Positions 26,620-40,589 of a DNA stretch of 64,000 nt are shown piece after piece. Both the position numbers and the translations under genes were made by a program. The notes under the pieces are model-generated. The model was not told where the DNA came from. It saw only the letters and a program-made list of their open reading frames with translations, and made no database searches. This DNA comes from Octopus vulgaris. Taxonomy: Eukaryota. The stretch's first letter is position 1. Each line of letters opens with the position of its first letter. The stretch spans positions 76,570,001-76,634,000 of the forward strand of contig OX597814.1 of assembly GCA_951406725.2 (NCBI GenBank). The letters are read 5' to 3'.

Positions 26620-27185
26620 TGCCCAGATGCAATACCAAGCACTGGCTATGCCCTGATGCAATACCAGGAATTGTCTCTCATGGCTTCTGATTTTAACTGA
26701 TTGGAAGTGCCATCATGTATATGTTTTGTCTTGTTATAAAAAGATGAGCTACAGCAAATATTCTGCTCAATACCAGTTGCCTGGCCATAACTAGTTGAGC
26801 ATGTCCCTTAGTGGCTGACAATATGTGTATCTCTGATCATGAGAAGTAGTGGGGGAGCATCATAACCATATGTTGAGATGAATTCTTTGGGGTTTGAATA
26901 ATTCCCCTCTGGAAACATGGGTGTTTCATTCAACATCCTTAAACAATCCTTATTCAATGACCTTTTGAGTGGGATGGGCTATTTGACCTGAAGAAAATTA
27001 TAACTGGGCCCCATTTGCAAGGCCATGTGCTGTTTATCTTGATATGAGATCACCATGTTGTGTACATATGGTTGTGATGCATGTGCCTGGTGTACCCTTA
27101 TCAGACAGGTAGTCATGATCGGTATACTGGGCTTCATATATTTTACCCCAGTGTCACTTTGATGGCATGTACTGCTCTCTCAATC
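26620..27185. repeat. About 560-bp unclassified non-coding repeat flanked by AAT tracts
   Basis: Left part repeated at 12848-12978; no ORF or tRNA head recognised. Confidence 0.7.
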
Positions 27186-27204
27186 AATAATAATAATAAT
27201 AATA

Positions 27205-28465
27205 CCCAACAGTAAGAAAATCAAGGATGTTGAGACTCATGGATAAAAGTATCTGGTTAATTTTGGAATATGATAAAAATCAAGGAAAATGAAATGAAGG
27301 AAAGCTTTAGACAAGAATATCTCAGAAGAACCAACTTAATTATGGGAAATAGAATCAATGGAAAGAACATCAGGGCAAGAACACTTGCGCTATTTCCTTA
27401 ATGCAATATGGCACAGATGTCGTTAAATGGACAAAGAACAAACTTGAGAAAATGGATAGAAAAATCAGGAAAGTGATGACAATTAACAAGGTACTGCACT
27501 CAAAAAGTGATAGTGATAGACTGAAAGTGCCTAGTTTTAAGGGAGGAAAAGACCTCATAGGATGCAATACTGTGTTGCCAATGAGAAGAACAGTCTAGAA
27601 TGGTACACCAAACAGTAAAGTGAGTCCTTGCTTGCAGCTTTTAGAAATCATAACATGATGCCTATACTGAAAATATGATGCACCCAAAAGCATTTAAGAA
27701 ATAAGATGAACAAAAAATAAATTGGAAAATGAAAACAATGCATGGGCAATACTTCAGAGAAATTGAAGGCAAGATCAACAGCTGGAGATGGCTAAGAAAA
27801 AGTTACCTGAAAGGATGCACTAAGGCACTGATATGCAGCACCCTGGAACAAGCCCTAAGAATTAATTACACCAAGTTCCAAATAGCTAAGAGCAGTGAAT
27901 TGCTCCTCTATAGGATATGTGGCAGCAAAACAGAAACAATCTCACATATTGTGAGTGTAGCAAGCTGGCCCAAAAGCACTACAAAAGGAAGCATGATAAC
28001 ATGGTTAAGTTTGTTCACAGTAGACTGTGAAAAGTACAATCTGGGCAGAGTATGGAAAGGGTATAAACATGAACCAGAAGGCATCGCTGAGAACAATGAA
28101 TATAAAATCCTGTGAGATTTTACAATCCAATGTGACTCTCTAATTGATGCTCAGAGAGCAGACATTGTTGTGATAGATTAAAGAAAAAAAAGGAAACCAA
28201 GATCATAGATATTGCCATACCTGGGGATGCATGTGTAGATGACAAAGAAAAGATGGAGAAATATAGACTACTAAGAGACAAAATTGCAAGAATGTGGGCA
28301 ATGAAGGAAGTAACTGTCATCCCGGTAGCTCTAGGGGCACTTGGAGCACTAACAACCAGTCAAGAAATATGTTGGAGAAATTGGAATTGACATAAAGGCA
28401 GAGCAGGCCCCAAAACTGCTTTATTGGAGGCAGCTAGGATTTTTAGATTATTGCTTGAATGTTGA
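27205..28465 (+). mobile_element. 5'-truncated R4/Dong LINE in NUFIP1 intron 9
   Basis: LHSKSDSDRL, MHGQYFRE, EQALRINY, ETISHIVS, IIDIAIPGD, VIPVALGALG; follows (AAT)n. Confidence 0.88.
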
Positions 28466-28839
28466 GCGTGTTCCACCAATAGGTTAACATCCAAGTACGA
28501 AAGCTTATAATTTGCAGAAAGAGATCCTGTGAAACCTTTGACAAGAGGTTGCTGTCTGCTCCCACAGAATCAACCAGAGTATAAGCTGAAGTTGAACTAT
28601 AACCAAAATAGATACATCACAATGTAAAGCAAATGAGAAATATGAAGTTAAGTTACCCATCTTATCCCTTTTAGGTAAAACAAACAACTGACCCACATAA
28701 GCGTAGAAATAAAAATAAGAAAAACCAAAGAAAAAACTCAGCATAGCAAACACTTTATACAAAAATGGTTCATTAAATCCATCTTTTACATATTGACTGT
28801 ATATATATTACAACTTAACAGCAAAATAGCTTAGTTTAC

Positions 28840-28958
28840 CTTTTCTAGCAGAGTTGGCCGAATTCGAAGGAATACTTTACTTTCCCATGGTGGCCTTGGA
28901 AATTCTGGTAATTTTAAAAGTTTAGCATGTTTCTTCTTTAGAGGCACATTATTTTCTG
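28840..28958 (-). CDS. NUFIP1: NUFIP1 exon 9 (AENNVPLKKKHAKLLKLPEFPRPPWESKVFLRIRPTLLEK)
   Basis: TAG(CAG) acceptor, AAG|GTAAAC donor, 119 nt; RPTLLE begins the conserved C-terminal motif. Confidence 0.9.
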
Positions 28959-29090
28959 CTAAAAATAAATTAATGTATAAATAAATAGATAAAAACTGTA
29001 TAAGCAAACAGGAGAAATTTGATACAGAATTAATAGATAAAATCTCAATTTAAAAATGATCCACAAATTATGAAAATTCTATTTTCTTAA

Positions 29091-30301
29091 CCCTTTCGTT
29101 ACTATATTTCTGACCAAAATACGCCCCTCATGAGTTTCAATTAAATTCTAAAATAATCATGAATTTAGGCTTGTTTCATTAAATAACTTTTTTACTTATC
29201 AACATATTAATGTGATATTTGGAACATAATTAAAGAAAGGGTTCTTAATCAATTCTATTGCATAACTTTTGTCTCAAAATGACTTTAATCACAGGTAAAT
29301 CCAGGTAAATTGAACAAAAGATAAAAATACTACAATTTTGTTTAAACATCACCATAGAAAATGAATCAGCTAATATTCAATTGGGCATGCAACAAAATTT
29401 TGATAAAGAAGAATTGTGCACATCACTAGATCATCAGTTGAATTTAATGCACAACAGAACAGGTGTACCATAAAGGTGGAATGAACTGAAATATTGGAAT
29501 CCACCTAAATCCACAGCAAGTTTGATCAAACTAAAGAAATCGGTCAAAAAATAATATACAGCCCTGGTTATGGTATGGAAGTGATAAATTCCAGACCTCA
29601 TCGTTCCCTAGGCCATTATTTTCCCTGTATAAAAACTAAATCCACCGCAGTACCCAGTATTTGCTTCACAAATTTTCCAAACTTTGATCCCCCATTTTGC
29701 GTTTGTTTACATTCTGCGTAACAGTTTTTTTCCGCAGTGATCACTTCAAACAAGCATACTGAAAAAAATAAAAGTCTAACGGTTTCGCTTCCTAAGAAAG
29801 ACTATGGATAGACCCCATCTCCTCAGAAAAATTACAAATAAAAACATTTTTACTTCATTCCGATGTAAAATCATCTTTGCTGTTGCTATCGCCGCTTTCA
29901 GTTTCAGATACCGAAATATCCTATTCATTCTCGTACACCATGTGATTTTGTACGTCATTCATTCTTTTTCTCAATATCTCCCTATTTTCCGTTGAGAAAG
30001 CTTTAAATTCGGAATCAGTGCTTGATAACAGGAAACTCCTATCCATTTTCAAAGGTGAAGAAAAATCGATGCCGAAAAAAATGTGGAAAAAAATCTCCCA
30101 AAATTCACTGAGTTCAGATATCAGGTCAAGCAATGTCGGATACTATAACCCAACTATTTACAAAGTGAAATCACATGTTTTAACGAATGTACCAACAAGA
30201 TTTGGGTTCAAATTTACATTTAAATAGGTTCTCTCGGCCAGGTTGGCATTATGAACCAAAAAATTTTTCGGCCGGGTATGGCCGGGTTAGTAACGAAAGG
30301 G
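29091..30301. mobile_element. Non-autonomous piggyBac-type element (1211 bp)
   Basis: TTAA|CCCTTTCGTTAC ... GTAACGAAAGGG|TTAA; related copy in the opposite orientation at 36224-37297. Confidence 0.92.
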
Positions 30302-32057
30302 TTAAGATAATTTTTTGAGACTACCTCAAATTTAAATATAAAGAAAATTTTAACACATACACTACTTATTGGTTGGTTTGATCTTTGATTTTGGTGTATA
30401 CATAAGAAGCAATAAATAAACTCATGAAATAAAAAAAAAAAATCAACTCACTGAATATAACTCAACTAAATCTCTTCATCACCTTAAATGAACAGAGCAA
30501 TAGAGACTGATAGTATCTCATATACTGTTGCAATATAGTGCATATGAATCATTAATTCTAAGAATGGAAGAAATGAAAAGATGATGTTTGTTGAAGAAAC
30601 AAGGTAAACTAGCTGGTACATTTACCATGAAGCCACAATTGACCCTATTCAAACACAAAATCTCATTATTGCATGTGTGCTATAAATGACACACATTGAC
30701 TTGTATGTCATCAAATGTGTAGCAATTCCTTCATCACAACAGGAAACATTAAAAAAAAATATGCTGTTTCTATAACCTTGTATGATCAGAGTTTTATTTT
30801 GTAATCACTTTGGCTCACTAGATATACAAAAAAAACATTACTAATCTGGTCCACCTCTAAAACAGGTTTGCCAACCCCTAGATAAGAGCATTACCAATTT
30901 TAGGAATAAGATACCTGGTTATGATCAGAGAGCAAAGAGATCTGACTGATGTAAATATTCAAACATCTTTATCCTTAAAGTCTCAAAAATTATAATCTCA
31001 TTAAGAACTTATCTGATAAGAACTCATCTAATTTCTTTTTTAACCTTAGTTTTGAAATCAATATACAAAAAAAAATATTTGATCAGGGATGAGAAAAAAC
31101 ATTTGTGTAGTGATAGGTAACACTAAAACAAATTTCACCATATTAGTGTATATTTTATTGATTGACTGCAGAAGAAAAGAATGACAAAATCAACCTCCGA
31201 AGGACCTGAACTCAGAATGTAGAAGTATGGAGTTGAACACCATTTTTATAAGGTAGCAACCTAAACATATAAAACATGTTACTGAGTAGCTTAGGTCATT
31301 CTTCTTGATAAAATCTTGATATTAGCTAATCTATCTCACAAACAGTTACTTATTAAATTTAAAAACCCGTTGTCGGACTTGTGATTTCAACTTAGTTCAC
31401 AATACAATAAATCTATGTCCCAGATGCAGCCAGTTGTTCACCTAGGAGCAATATCTTAGATAATCAGGGAGGTTCTATCAGCATTTCCCAAATGGGATAT
31501 TCCCAGAATCCTAGCATGCTGTGAGGGGTTTCAAGGGAAATAGTAATGGTGATGATGGGAGTGGATTTTCCAACTGAATTAAAGAATTATATTTCCACTG
31601 ATTTTTGAAATTGCTGATGCTATCTGTTGGTTGCAACTCTTTTCAGTGACAGAGCAGGATTTGAATTCATACTGCACAAAGCTGGAACTCATCCAAATCT
31701 CTAATAATTCCACCAAATCATCGCCTTAGACTGGTACTATTTTTTCATCAACTCTAAAAGGATGAAAAGCAAAGACAACCTCAGCAGGATTTGAATGCGA
31801 AGCACAAAACATTGAAACAGATACCATTAACCATTCTACCCATAACCTAAATGACTTCAGAGGTTAATTATATACAAACGCATTTCTCAATCCTTTTTCT
31901 GCTTAATTTTACATTTTATAATTGTAATTGTATTATAAATACACAGTATATTTTCTAAAGTAGGGAAATCCTATCATCATGAAAAATTACTTCTTAATAA
32001 GTAAATGTAGGGAAATTTAGATTTAAATAAGATCTTGGTTAAGACAAAATTTCTTAA

Positions 32058-32276
32058 TCCTTTTGTTACCATATTTCTGTTGAAATACATTGCCTTTGTT
32101 TCAATTTTGAAAATAATTTTAAAAATTGATTTAAATAACTTTGACAGTATTAAGCTGGGGTTTGGAACATAAATCAGCATGAAATTTTGATGAAAGGTTT
32201 TAATTTAGATTACTTTAAAAGGAAAGTTTGTATCATAGAACCAAGGGCAGTTTCAAATGGGTTGGTATCTAAAGGG
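32058..32276. mobile_element. Short piggyBac-type MITE
   Basis: TTAA|TCCTTTTGTTACC ... GGTATCTAAAGGG|TTAA (degenerate version of the same TIR). Confidence 0.7.
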
Positions 32277-32433
32277 TTAAGTTTTTGTGGCATCTAAAAC
32301 ATTATTAATATTTATTTTTGTGAATATAGATAATTTTTTTTCTTGTATGAATGAAAACCTTTTTATGAGGTTTCTTGAACAAGTAAAAAAGAGATTCTAA
32401 TATCCAACTGTTCAAAATACCACTTCTACTTAC

Positions 32434-32505
32434 CATCCTGTTCTGGATTGTCAGAATTATAGTTGTTCACAAGAAGATCCAAACTAGAGGAATGTTGATC
32501 AGATG
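32434..32505 (-). CDS. NUFIP1: NUFIP1 exon 8 (SDQHSSSLDLLVNNYNSDNPEQD)
   Basis: TTCTTCTAG acceptor, G|GTAAGT donor, 72 nt, phase 1/1; resembles the L..L...Y.SD motif of NUFIP1. Confidence 0.8.
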
Positions 32506-33829
32506 CTAGAAGAAAAAGAATTTTAAAGTCAGAGATTAAATATTGGTAACATTATTAAGACAATTGGTAACATTATTATGACAATAATTTTCTTTCTAAT
32601 CTAGCATATTTAATTTGGCTGGTATTTTTTTTATTTATTTTCATTGAATGCCATGCCTTTTTTCTACCAGTAGAGATAAATGTATTTATTATGATGCCAA
32701 CACTAGAAAGTGTTGGTGCCACAAAAATACACAAGTTAAATATCCTCTCAATCTTCTAACAGTTCTGTCCACAAAAGTAAGCACTCTGAAAGATACCACA
32801 TTCACTACATTCATCTCTCATGTGCACATATAAAAATAAATTGTCTTCATATTATATAGTGTTTTTCCAAAAGAAGTATGAAGAGAAGGAAGCAAAATTG
32901 TGAACAATGCAGAAATCTACATTTCTCTTTTTTAAACTGAAGGATGTGCTACAATAAAAAGTATGTAGTATACAAAGGAGTAGCCAAACATTAGGGAACA
33001 CCTATCAAGTCCTGCATATTACACATCTGAAAGATGGTTTTAGGATCATGCAGCACATTCTTTTGTGTAGAGTTTGTCAGTATGACAGTCCTAGCCTAAG
33101 TAGCAAGTCTTTAATTCAGTCTGTTCGTAGATACCAAAGCAGATCTAAAGTAGAGCCAGCTCTTGTCAGACCATCCAACCCAAGCCAGCATGGAAGGCAG
33201 ACATTAAATTATAATGATCATGATGACAATGAGGGCTGAAAACAATGGATATAGTTACCTCATAGGAGCTTTGATTTCTCATAGATTTCTTGAGCTAATC
33301 TTGCTAAAATCTATATGTTCTTTCATTGATAATGTTCTATGGTGTGAAGTGTGATAAACAGCTAGGAATCTAATGACAAATGTTATTAAATAACTCCCAT
33401 AAGGCAATCTGAGAAATATGAGATGTCTGTTGAATATGATTAAAAAGCCACCTCCAACAGGCTAAAATTGTGCCTCTAGATATCATTGCTATACTGTGCG
33501 TAATATATTTTAAGTTTCCATTATCTAATCAATCTAAAAAGTACTGTTAAACTTTTAAACTTAAAGGTACCTTAGGAATACTTGTGACTCAACTAAGTTC
33601 ACAACAATATAAAATTCTAGACAATTCATTTTTCTACTATATGCAGTATTACTTCTGCAATTTAACAGAACACACCATACAACACAGATCAAGTTCTCTT
33701 ATGTCCCATTTTACATTGACATAGCTTTGTTAGCTCTCATTTTTCTTTAATTTTGCAATAGCAGACTATATAGGAATGGTCTTTACTTTGTTGCTCAAGT
33801 TAAAATATTTGTAATTTGTAATACAGTTG

Positions 33830-36800
33830 AATGCAATGGTGGACTAGGTGGTAATGGCATACTCCTAACTGAGAAATGAGAGGATAAGGTGATTGAGGTA
33901 GTCAGAGTGTGCAATAGGATACTTAAGTTTAGAATAGTTTGGCAAAATAGTACAGCTACAATTTTCTGAACATATGCCCCTCAACCAGGTCTACCAAATG
34001 AGCAAAAGGATTGTTTTTATATTCTTTTGCAGACTATCTCAAAGATAAATGATGGCCGCAAAGTTGGTTTCCATAATGAGGAGGGATAAGCTTAATGGAG
34101 TTCTGTGATGCAAATAACCTAATGATCTACAACACTAACTTCAAGAAGCCTGCAAATCACCTGGTAACTAATCAATCTGGTGACCATGCTAGCCAGATTG
34201 ACTACATTCTCACCAGAAAACAAGATACATAGTTGTTCATAAATGCAAAACCGTTTCCCAGGTGAAGAATGTACCCCTCAATATAGGTTAGTCATTAGTG
34301 ACTTCAGACTACATGCTAGGATTCCAGGAAGGAGACCAATCTGGAAAAGAAGGATTTGAAAGCTTAAGGATCCTTTAAATAGTCCGAGATTTAGTGACAT
34401 CCTTATTGAAGCATTTAATGGGAAGGAGAAGTTTGGAAGTTCCTAAGAGAAAACTTACTGAGAATCATAGACCAAATTTGTGGCTGGTGCCAAGTTCCAA
34501 CTAGACCTAAGATGACATGGTGGTGGAACAGTGTTGATGACAGAGCCATTAGAGCAAAGAAACAGTCCTCTAAGAACTGGAAGGGTGGTGGTAGCAAAGA
34601 ACTATGTCAGGTAGCTAGAAGGGAGGCTAAGAGACACATACTTAGCCAGAAAATAAGCAGAAAGAAAGAAGTTTGCCAATGTTTTGCAGCATGAGATTTT
34701 TCAGTTTGCAAGCGTGTCAAAGAAAATCATGATATTGTAGTAGAGAAGTGCATTCGCATGGATGTGTCAGTGACTCTGCAAAGAGAGAGGCTGGAAGTGC
34801 TACTAAATGTTGAAAACACATGAGAGAAGGGGAGCCTGCTTAATGTGAGCCCAACAGATGGACCAGTTATGTGCATAGACAGTAGCTTGGTAGATAAAAC
34901 AATTAAGGATATGAAGACAGGGAAAGCCCCCAGTCCATCAGGAATCGCTGCTGAGATGCTTAAAATATCTTGCGGAGTGGGATATAGTATAGTCACCCAT
35001 ATAGATAATCAGGTTGTCCATGAAGGAGTCATACCCAATGATTGGTGTAGCAGCGTTATAGTCAACTTCTACAAAGGTAAAGGTGATGCCTTAGACAGAA
35101 ATAATTACAGATGTAACAAATTGCTGGAATGGGTGATGAAAGATACAGAGAGGGTCATAGCTCAATTAATTAGGAAGACATTTAGTTTAGATGAGATGCA
35201 GTTTGGGTTTGTGTCAGGGAGAAGCACTACTGATGCTATTTTCCTAGTGAAGCAGCTGCAGGAGAAGTATCTAGCCAAAAATAAACATCTGTACTTGGCT
35301 TTTGTTGACATGGAGAAAGCTCTTGATAGGGTCTCCTACTCCCTTATTTAGTGGTCAATGCAGAAGCTAGAGATAGATGAGTGGTTGGGAAGAGCTGTAC
35401 AAGCCACAGACAGGAATGCTGTCAGCAAGGTGAAAATCAGCAACAAGTATAGCAATGAATTCAGTGTACAGGTAGGAGGTCACCAAGGATCAGTTCTCAC
35501 CCTCCATTCCTGTTCATCATAGTCCTCCAGGCCATAACAGAGTAATTTAAGACTGGCTACCCTTAGGAGCTCCTCTATGCAGATGACCTTGTTCTTATAG
35601 CTGAATAACTAGAGAAGAAATTTCAGGTGTGGAAGCAAGGTCTGCAATCAAAGATCCTTAGAGTTAATTTAGCAAAGACCAAAGTCCTAGTAAGTAGGAA
35701 AACAGACAAATCACTGATCCCTTCAGGGAGATAGCTCTACTTCATAGGCAGAAAAGATGTAGGTAGAAACTCCAAAAGGTGTACTAAAAGCAACCTAAGG
35801 ACACATAAGAGGTGCAGCAGTATCAAAGGAAGGTATCAGGGAAAGTAATCTTTGCATATGACAGATCTGCAGGCACAATAAACACTAAGAATGTACAGAA
35901 AATACTTAGTCAAATGTCTGTTGGAGTATACTTAGAAGTAGTAGATAGCTGTTACCTAGGTGGCCAAGTCAGCAATGGAGGAGAATTCCCTGAGAGAGTA
36001 GCTGCTAGAATAAGAATGGGTGGGCAAAATTCAGAGATCTTCTACCTTTGAATGAAAGACAAATTGTATGATGGTTGTATGCAAACAGCCATGCTACATG
36101 GCAACAAAACATGGACTATGACTGCAGATGAAAGAAATAAAAGGCTTGAAAGAAATAAAGTTAGCATCCAACACTGGATGCATAATGTTAGTGTACATAT
36201 ATGACAGAGTGTAAGTGTCTTAACCCTTTCGTTACCAAACCGCCCAAAGCCGGCTGAAAAAAATTTTGGTTAATGTGACCAAACCACCCAAACCCGCCCG
36301 AATTTACCTATTCATGTTTAAATGAGAATATCAGAGCAAATCTCTTTAGTACATTTGTGAAAACATGTGATTATACTTCGTAAACAGTTAATCTACAGTT
36401 TTGTACAACAATCGACGTGTAATTTTAATTCCCTGAATTTTGAGAGATTTTTTTCCACATTTTTTTCGGCATCGATTTTTCTTCAACTTTGAAAATGGAT
36501 TGGAGTCTCATGTTATCAAGCATTGATTCCGAATTGGAAAATTTGTGAAGCAAATACTGGGTACTGTTGTGGATTTAGTTTTTATACAGGGAAACTAATG
36601 TTAGCCAGCATGGCTTAGGGTAAGATGTGGTCTGGAAGTTATTGTTTGAAGCGATCAATGCGGAAACAAACTTACGCAAAATGTAAACAAACACAAAATG
36701 GGGGTTCAAGTTTCGGAAAATTTGTGAAGCATATACTGGGTACTGCGTGGATTTAGTTTTTATACAGGGAAAATAATGTTAGTCAGCATGGCCTAGGGAA

Positions 36801-37816
36801 CGATGTGGTCTGGAATTTATCACTTCCATACCATAACCAGGGCCGTATATTATTTTTTTACCGATTTCTTTAGTTCAGTCAAACTTCCGGTGGATTCCAG
36901 TATTTCCCTTTATTCCACCTTTATGGTACACCCATTGTGCATTAAATTCAACTGATGATATAGTGATGTGCACAATTCTTCTTTATCAAAATTTTGTTGC
37001 ATACCCATTTGAATATTAGCTGATGATTCATTTTCTATGGTGATGTCTAAACAAAATTTTAATATTTTTACCTTTTGCTCAATTTACCTGTAATTAAAGT
37101 CACTTTGAGACAAAAGTTATGCAATAGAATTGATTAAGAACTCTTTCTTTAATTATGTTCCAAATATCACATTAATATGTTGATAAATAAAAATGTTACA
37201 GTTATTTAATGAAACAAGCCTAGATTCATGATTATTTTAGAATTTAATTGAAACTCATGAGGGGTGTATATTGGTCAGAAATAAAGTAACGAAAGGGTTA
37301 AGAGAAATATTGGGTATGAAAGGCATCAGATGTGGTGTGCAAGGGAGAAGACTGCACTGGTATGGTCATGTGATGCATAAAGACAAAGACAGCTATGTAA
37401 AGAAGTGTCAATCTCTAATTGTGGAGGGAATGTGTGGAAGAGGGAGACCCAGGAAGATGTGGGACAAGGTAGTGAAACATGATCTTTGGTTGTTGAGTCT
37501 CATGGAAGCAATGACAAGTGACCAAGACTTCTGGTGATTTGCTGCACTTGAGAAGACATGTTAAGCTAAAGGAAATCATGGTTGTGGTTAGTATCAGTGA
37601 CATGTAAAAGGCACCCATGCCAGTGACATATAAAAGTGCACTCATGCCAGTGACCTGTAAAATATGTGCAGTGGCTGGCATTGGGAAGGGTATCCAGCCA
37701 GAGAAACCAAGCCAAAACAGACAACTGGAGCCTAGTGTAGCTCTCCAGTTTACCAGTTCTGGCCAAACTGTCTAACCCATGCCAGCATGGAAAACAGACA
37801 TCAAATGATGATGATG
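33830..37816 (+). mobile_element. Decayed RTE LINE (APE + RT), split by a piggyBac MITE
   Basis: YAPQPGL, SQIDYIL, MQFGFVSGRSTTDAIF, LLYADDL, GRGRPRKMW; 3' UTR ending in (GAT)n. Confidence 0.92.
36224..37297. mobile_element. Non-autonomous piggyBac-type element nested in the RTE
   Basis: TTAA TSD at 36220-36223 and 37298-37301; removal restores RTE QSVSVL-REIL (compare QSVSALREKL in the neighbouring copy). Confidence 0.93.
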
Positions 37817-37984
37817 AAGGCCCTTGAACCAGACAGTGGCAAGCAAACATTACGGATATAAACCCCACTTTTCTTTTATTATCCTGAATATACTAGTCCT
37901 GTATGCTATCTAAACATTTTTAGCCTAATGTGGCTTGTGCTGCTTTTTGAGTTTTATAGTGTCCCCTGTTAATCGGTCCATAGT

Positions 37985-40222
37985 TCATCATCATCATCAT
38001 CGTTTAACGTCCGCTTTCCATGCTAGCATGGGTTGGACGGTTCAACTGGGGTCTGGGAAGCCCGAAGGCTGCACCAGGCCAGTCAGATCTGGCAGTGTTT
38101 CTACAGCTGGATGCCCTTCCTAACGCCAACCACTCCATGAGTATAGTGGGTGCTTTTTATGTGCCACCGACACAGGTGCCAGACGAGGCTGGCAAACGGC
38201 CATGCTCGGATGGGGTTTTTTATGTGCCACTGACACAGGTGCCAGACGAGGCTGGCGAACGGCCACGCTTGGATGGTGTTTTTTATGTGCCACCGACACA
38301 GGTGCCAGACGAGGCTGGCGAACGGCCACGCTCGGATGGTGCTTTTTACGTGCCACCGGCACGGAGGCCAGGCAAGGCTGGCACGGCCACAATCAGATGG
38401 TGTTTGTTACGTGCCCACAGCACGGAGGCCAGTCTATGCGGTACTGGCTACGGCCACGTTCGGATGGTTTTCTTATGTGCCACCAGCACTGGTACCACAA
38501 AAATACAAATTCCATTTATGTTCATCGATTTTGATTTGGTTTGATTTTCACTTGCCTCAACAGGTCTTCACAAGTGTCCCAAGAAGGAAGGTATGCACAG
38601 GTGGACTGACTACGTCCCAGGTAGGGGCCATGGGTTATGGCCTCACATGTCCTGCCGGGTCTTCTTGCGCACAGCATACTTCCAAAGGTCTCGGTCTCTG
38701 GTCATTTCCTCGGTGAGACCTAAAGCGCGAAGGTTGTTCTTCACCACCTCGTCCCAGGTTTTCCTGGATCTACCTCTTCCACAGGTTCCCTAAACTGCTA
38801 GGGTGTGGCACTTTTTCACACAACTATCTTCATCCATTCTTACTACGTGTCCATACCAGCGTAGACGCCTCTCTTGCACACCACATCTGATGCTTCTTAG
38901 ATGCAACTTTTCTCTCAAGGCACTTACACTCTGTCGGGTATGAACACTGACATTACACATCCAACGGAGCATACTGGCTTCATTTCTTGCGAGCTTACGC
39001 ATATCCTCAGCAGTCACGGCCCATGTTTCACTGCCATGTAGCATGGCTGTTCACACATATGCGTCATACAGTCTCTCTTTTACTCTGAGCGAGAGGCCCT
39101 TTGTCACCAGCAGAGGTAAGAGCTCTCTGAATTTTGCCCAGGCTATTCTTACTCTAGCAGTTACACTTTCGGCACACCCACCCCCACTACTGACTTGGTC
39201 ACCTAGGTAACGGAAACTATCAACTATTTCAGGTTTTTCTCCCTGGAATGTGGCGAAAGATGGTCTCTGCGCATCTTCAGTCTTTATTGAACCAGAGCAT
39301 CTGCCACATACAAAACCGATCTTCCTAGTTAGCCTTCCTTTGACATTGCTGCACTTCTTATGTGTCCATAGCTTACACTTGGTGCATCTTATAGAGTTCC
39401 TACCTACGCCTTTTCTACAGATCGAGCAGGGCCATCTACCTGAAGGTGTTTGAGATTTGTCTACCTTCCTACTTATTAGGACTTTGGTTTTAGTTAGATT
39501 GACTCTAAGGCCCTTCAATTCTAATCCTTGCTTCCACGCCTGAAACCTCGAGTTCTGATAGTGATTCAGCAATTAGAGCAAGGTCGTCAGCATAGAGGAG
39601 CTCCCAGGGGCATCCTGTCTTGAATTCTTCCGTTATTGCCTGGAGGACTATGATAAATAGGAGGGGGCTGAGGACTGAGCCTTGATGAACCCCAACCTCC
39701 ACCCGGAATTCTTCACTGAACTCGTTGCCAACCCTCACCTTACTAACAGCGTCCCTGTACATGGCATGCACAGCTCTCACTAACCATTCAGCTATCCCTA
39801 GTTTCCTCATTGACCACCAGATAAGGGATCGGGGGACCCTGTCAAAGGCTTTCTCCAAGTCAACGAAAGCCAGGTACAGAGTTTTATCTTTGGCTAGGTA
39901 TTTCTCCTGCAGCTGTCTCACCAGAAATATGGCATCAGTGGTGCTTTTCCCTGGCACGAAACCAAACTGCATCTCGTCTAGGTTGACTCTCTCTCTAATC
40001 AGTTGGGCTATGACCCTTTCCGTAACCTTCTTTACCTGATCCAACAGCTTAATACCTCTGTAATTACTTGTATCTAGGGCGTCACCTTTACCTTTGTAGC
40101 AGTTGACTATTATGCTACTACACCAGTCATTGGGTATGACTCCTTCGTGTATCACCTGGTTATCTATACGTGTGACTAGGCTATAGCCGACACTGTCAGA
40201 TATTTTGAGCATCTCAGCAGTT
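37985..40222 (-). mobile_element. 5'-truncated RTE LINE with PHD-type insert
   Basis: NYRGIKLL, AFVDLEKAFDRV, GVHQGSVLSPLLF, YADD, FRYLGD; a few frameshifts; 3' UTR with about 60-bp tandem units and (GAT)n tail. Confidence 0.95.
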
Positions 40223-40589
40223 CAAAATCAAGTTCAATTATATATAATTAGAATCCCACTATGTTTTGTACATCTGCTTGTCCCCCCCGCCCACATACAC
40301 ACACACAAAGACAAGAGGGAGATAAAGATTTAAAAGCATGGCATTTATACAGAAGATTCTGAGAAAAGTAAATTAAAGAAAGGAGTGACAGTTATTATTC
40401 CTATGATAACCTAATACAGATTTTTACATAAACAGAATTTTATACTGATATAAACTAATGTAGTTTATCTCCAAGCTAGCTCTGATCAAACAGTTGTGTT
40501 ATTAGGATTATTTTATTCAGAAAAATCCAGATTTTACTTTTTAATCATACTGTATCTAGGATTACATTATCCAACGTGTCCTTTCTTAA

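Noticed and set aside
30626-30644. 19-nt AG...GT micro-exon candidate
   Set aside because: Frame-shifting and not needed; exons 8 and 9 already join in phase.
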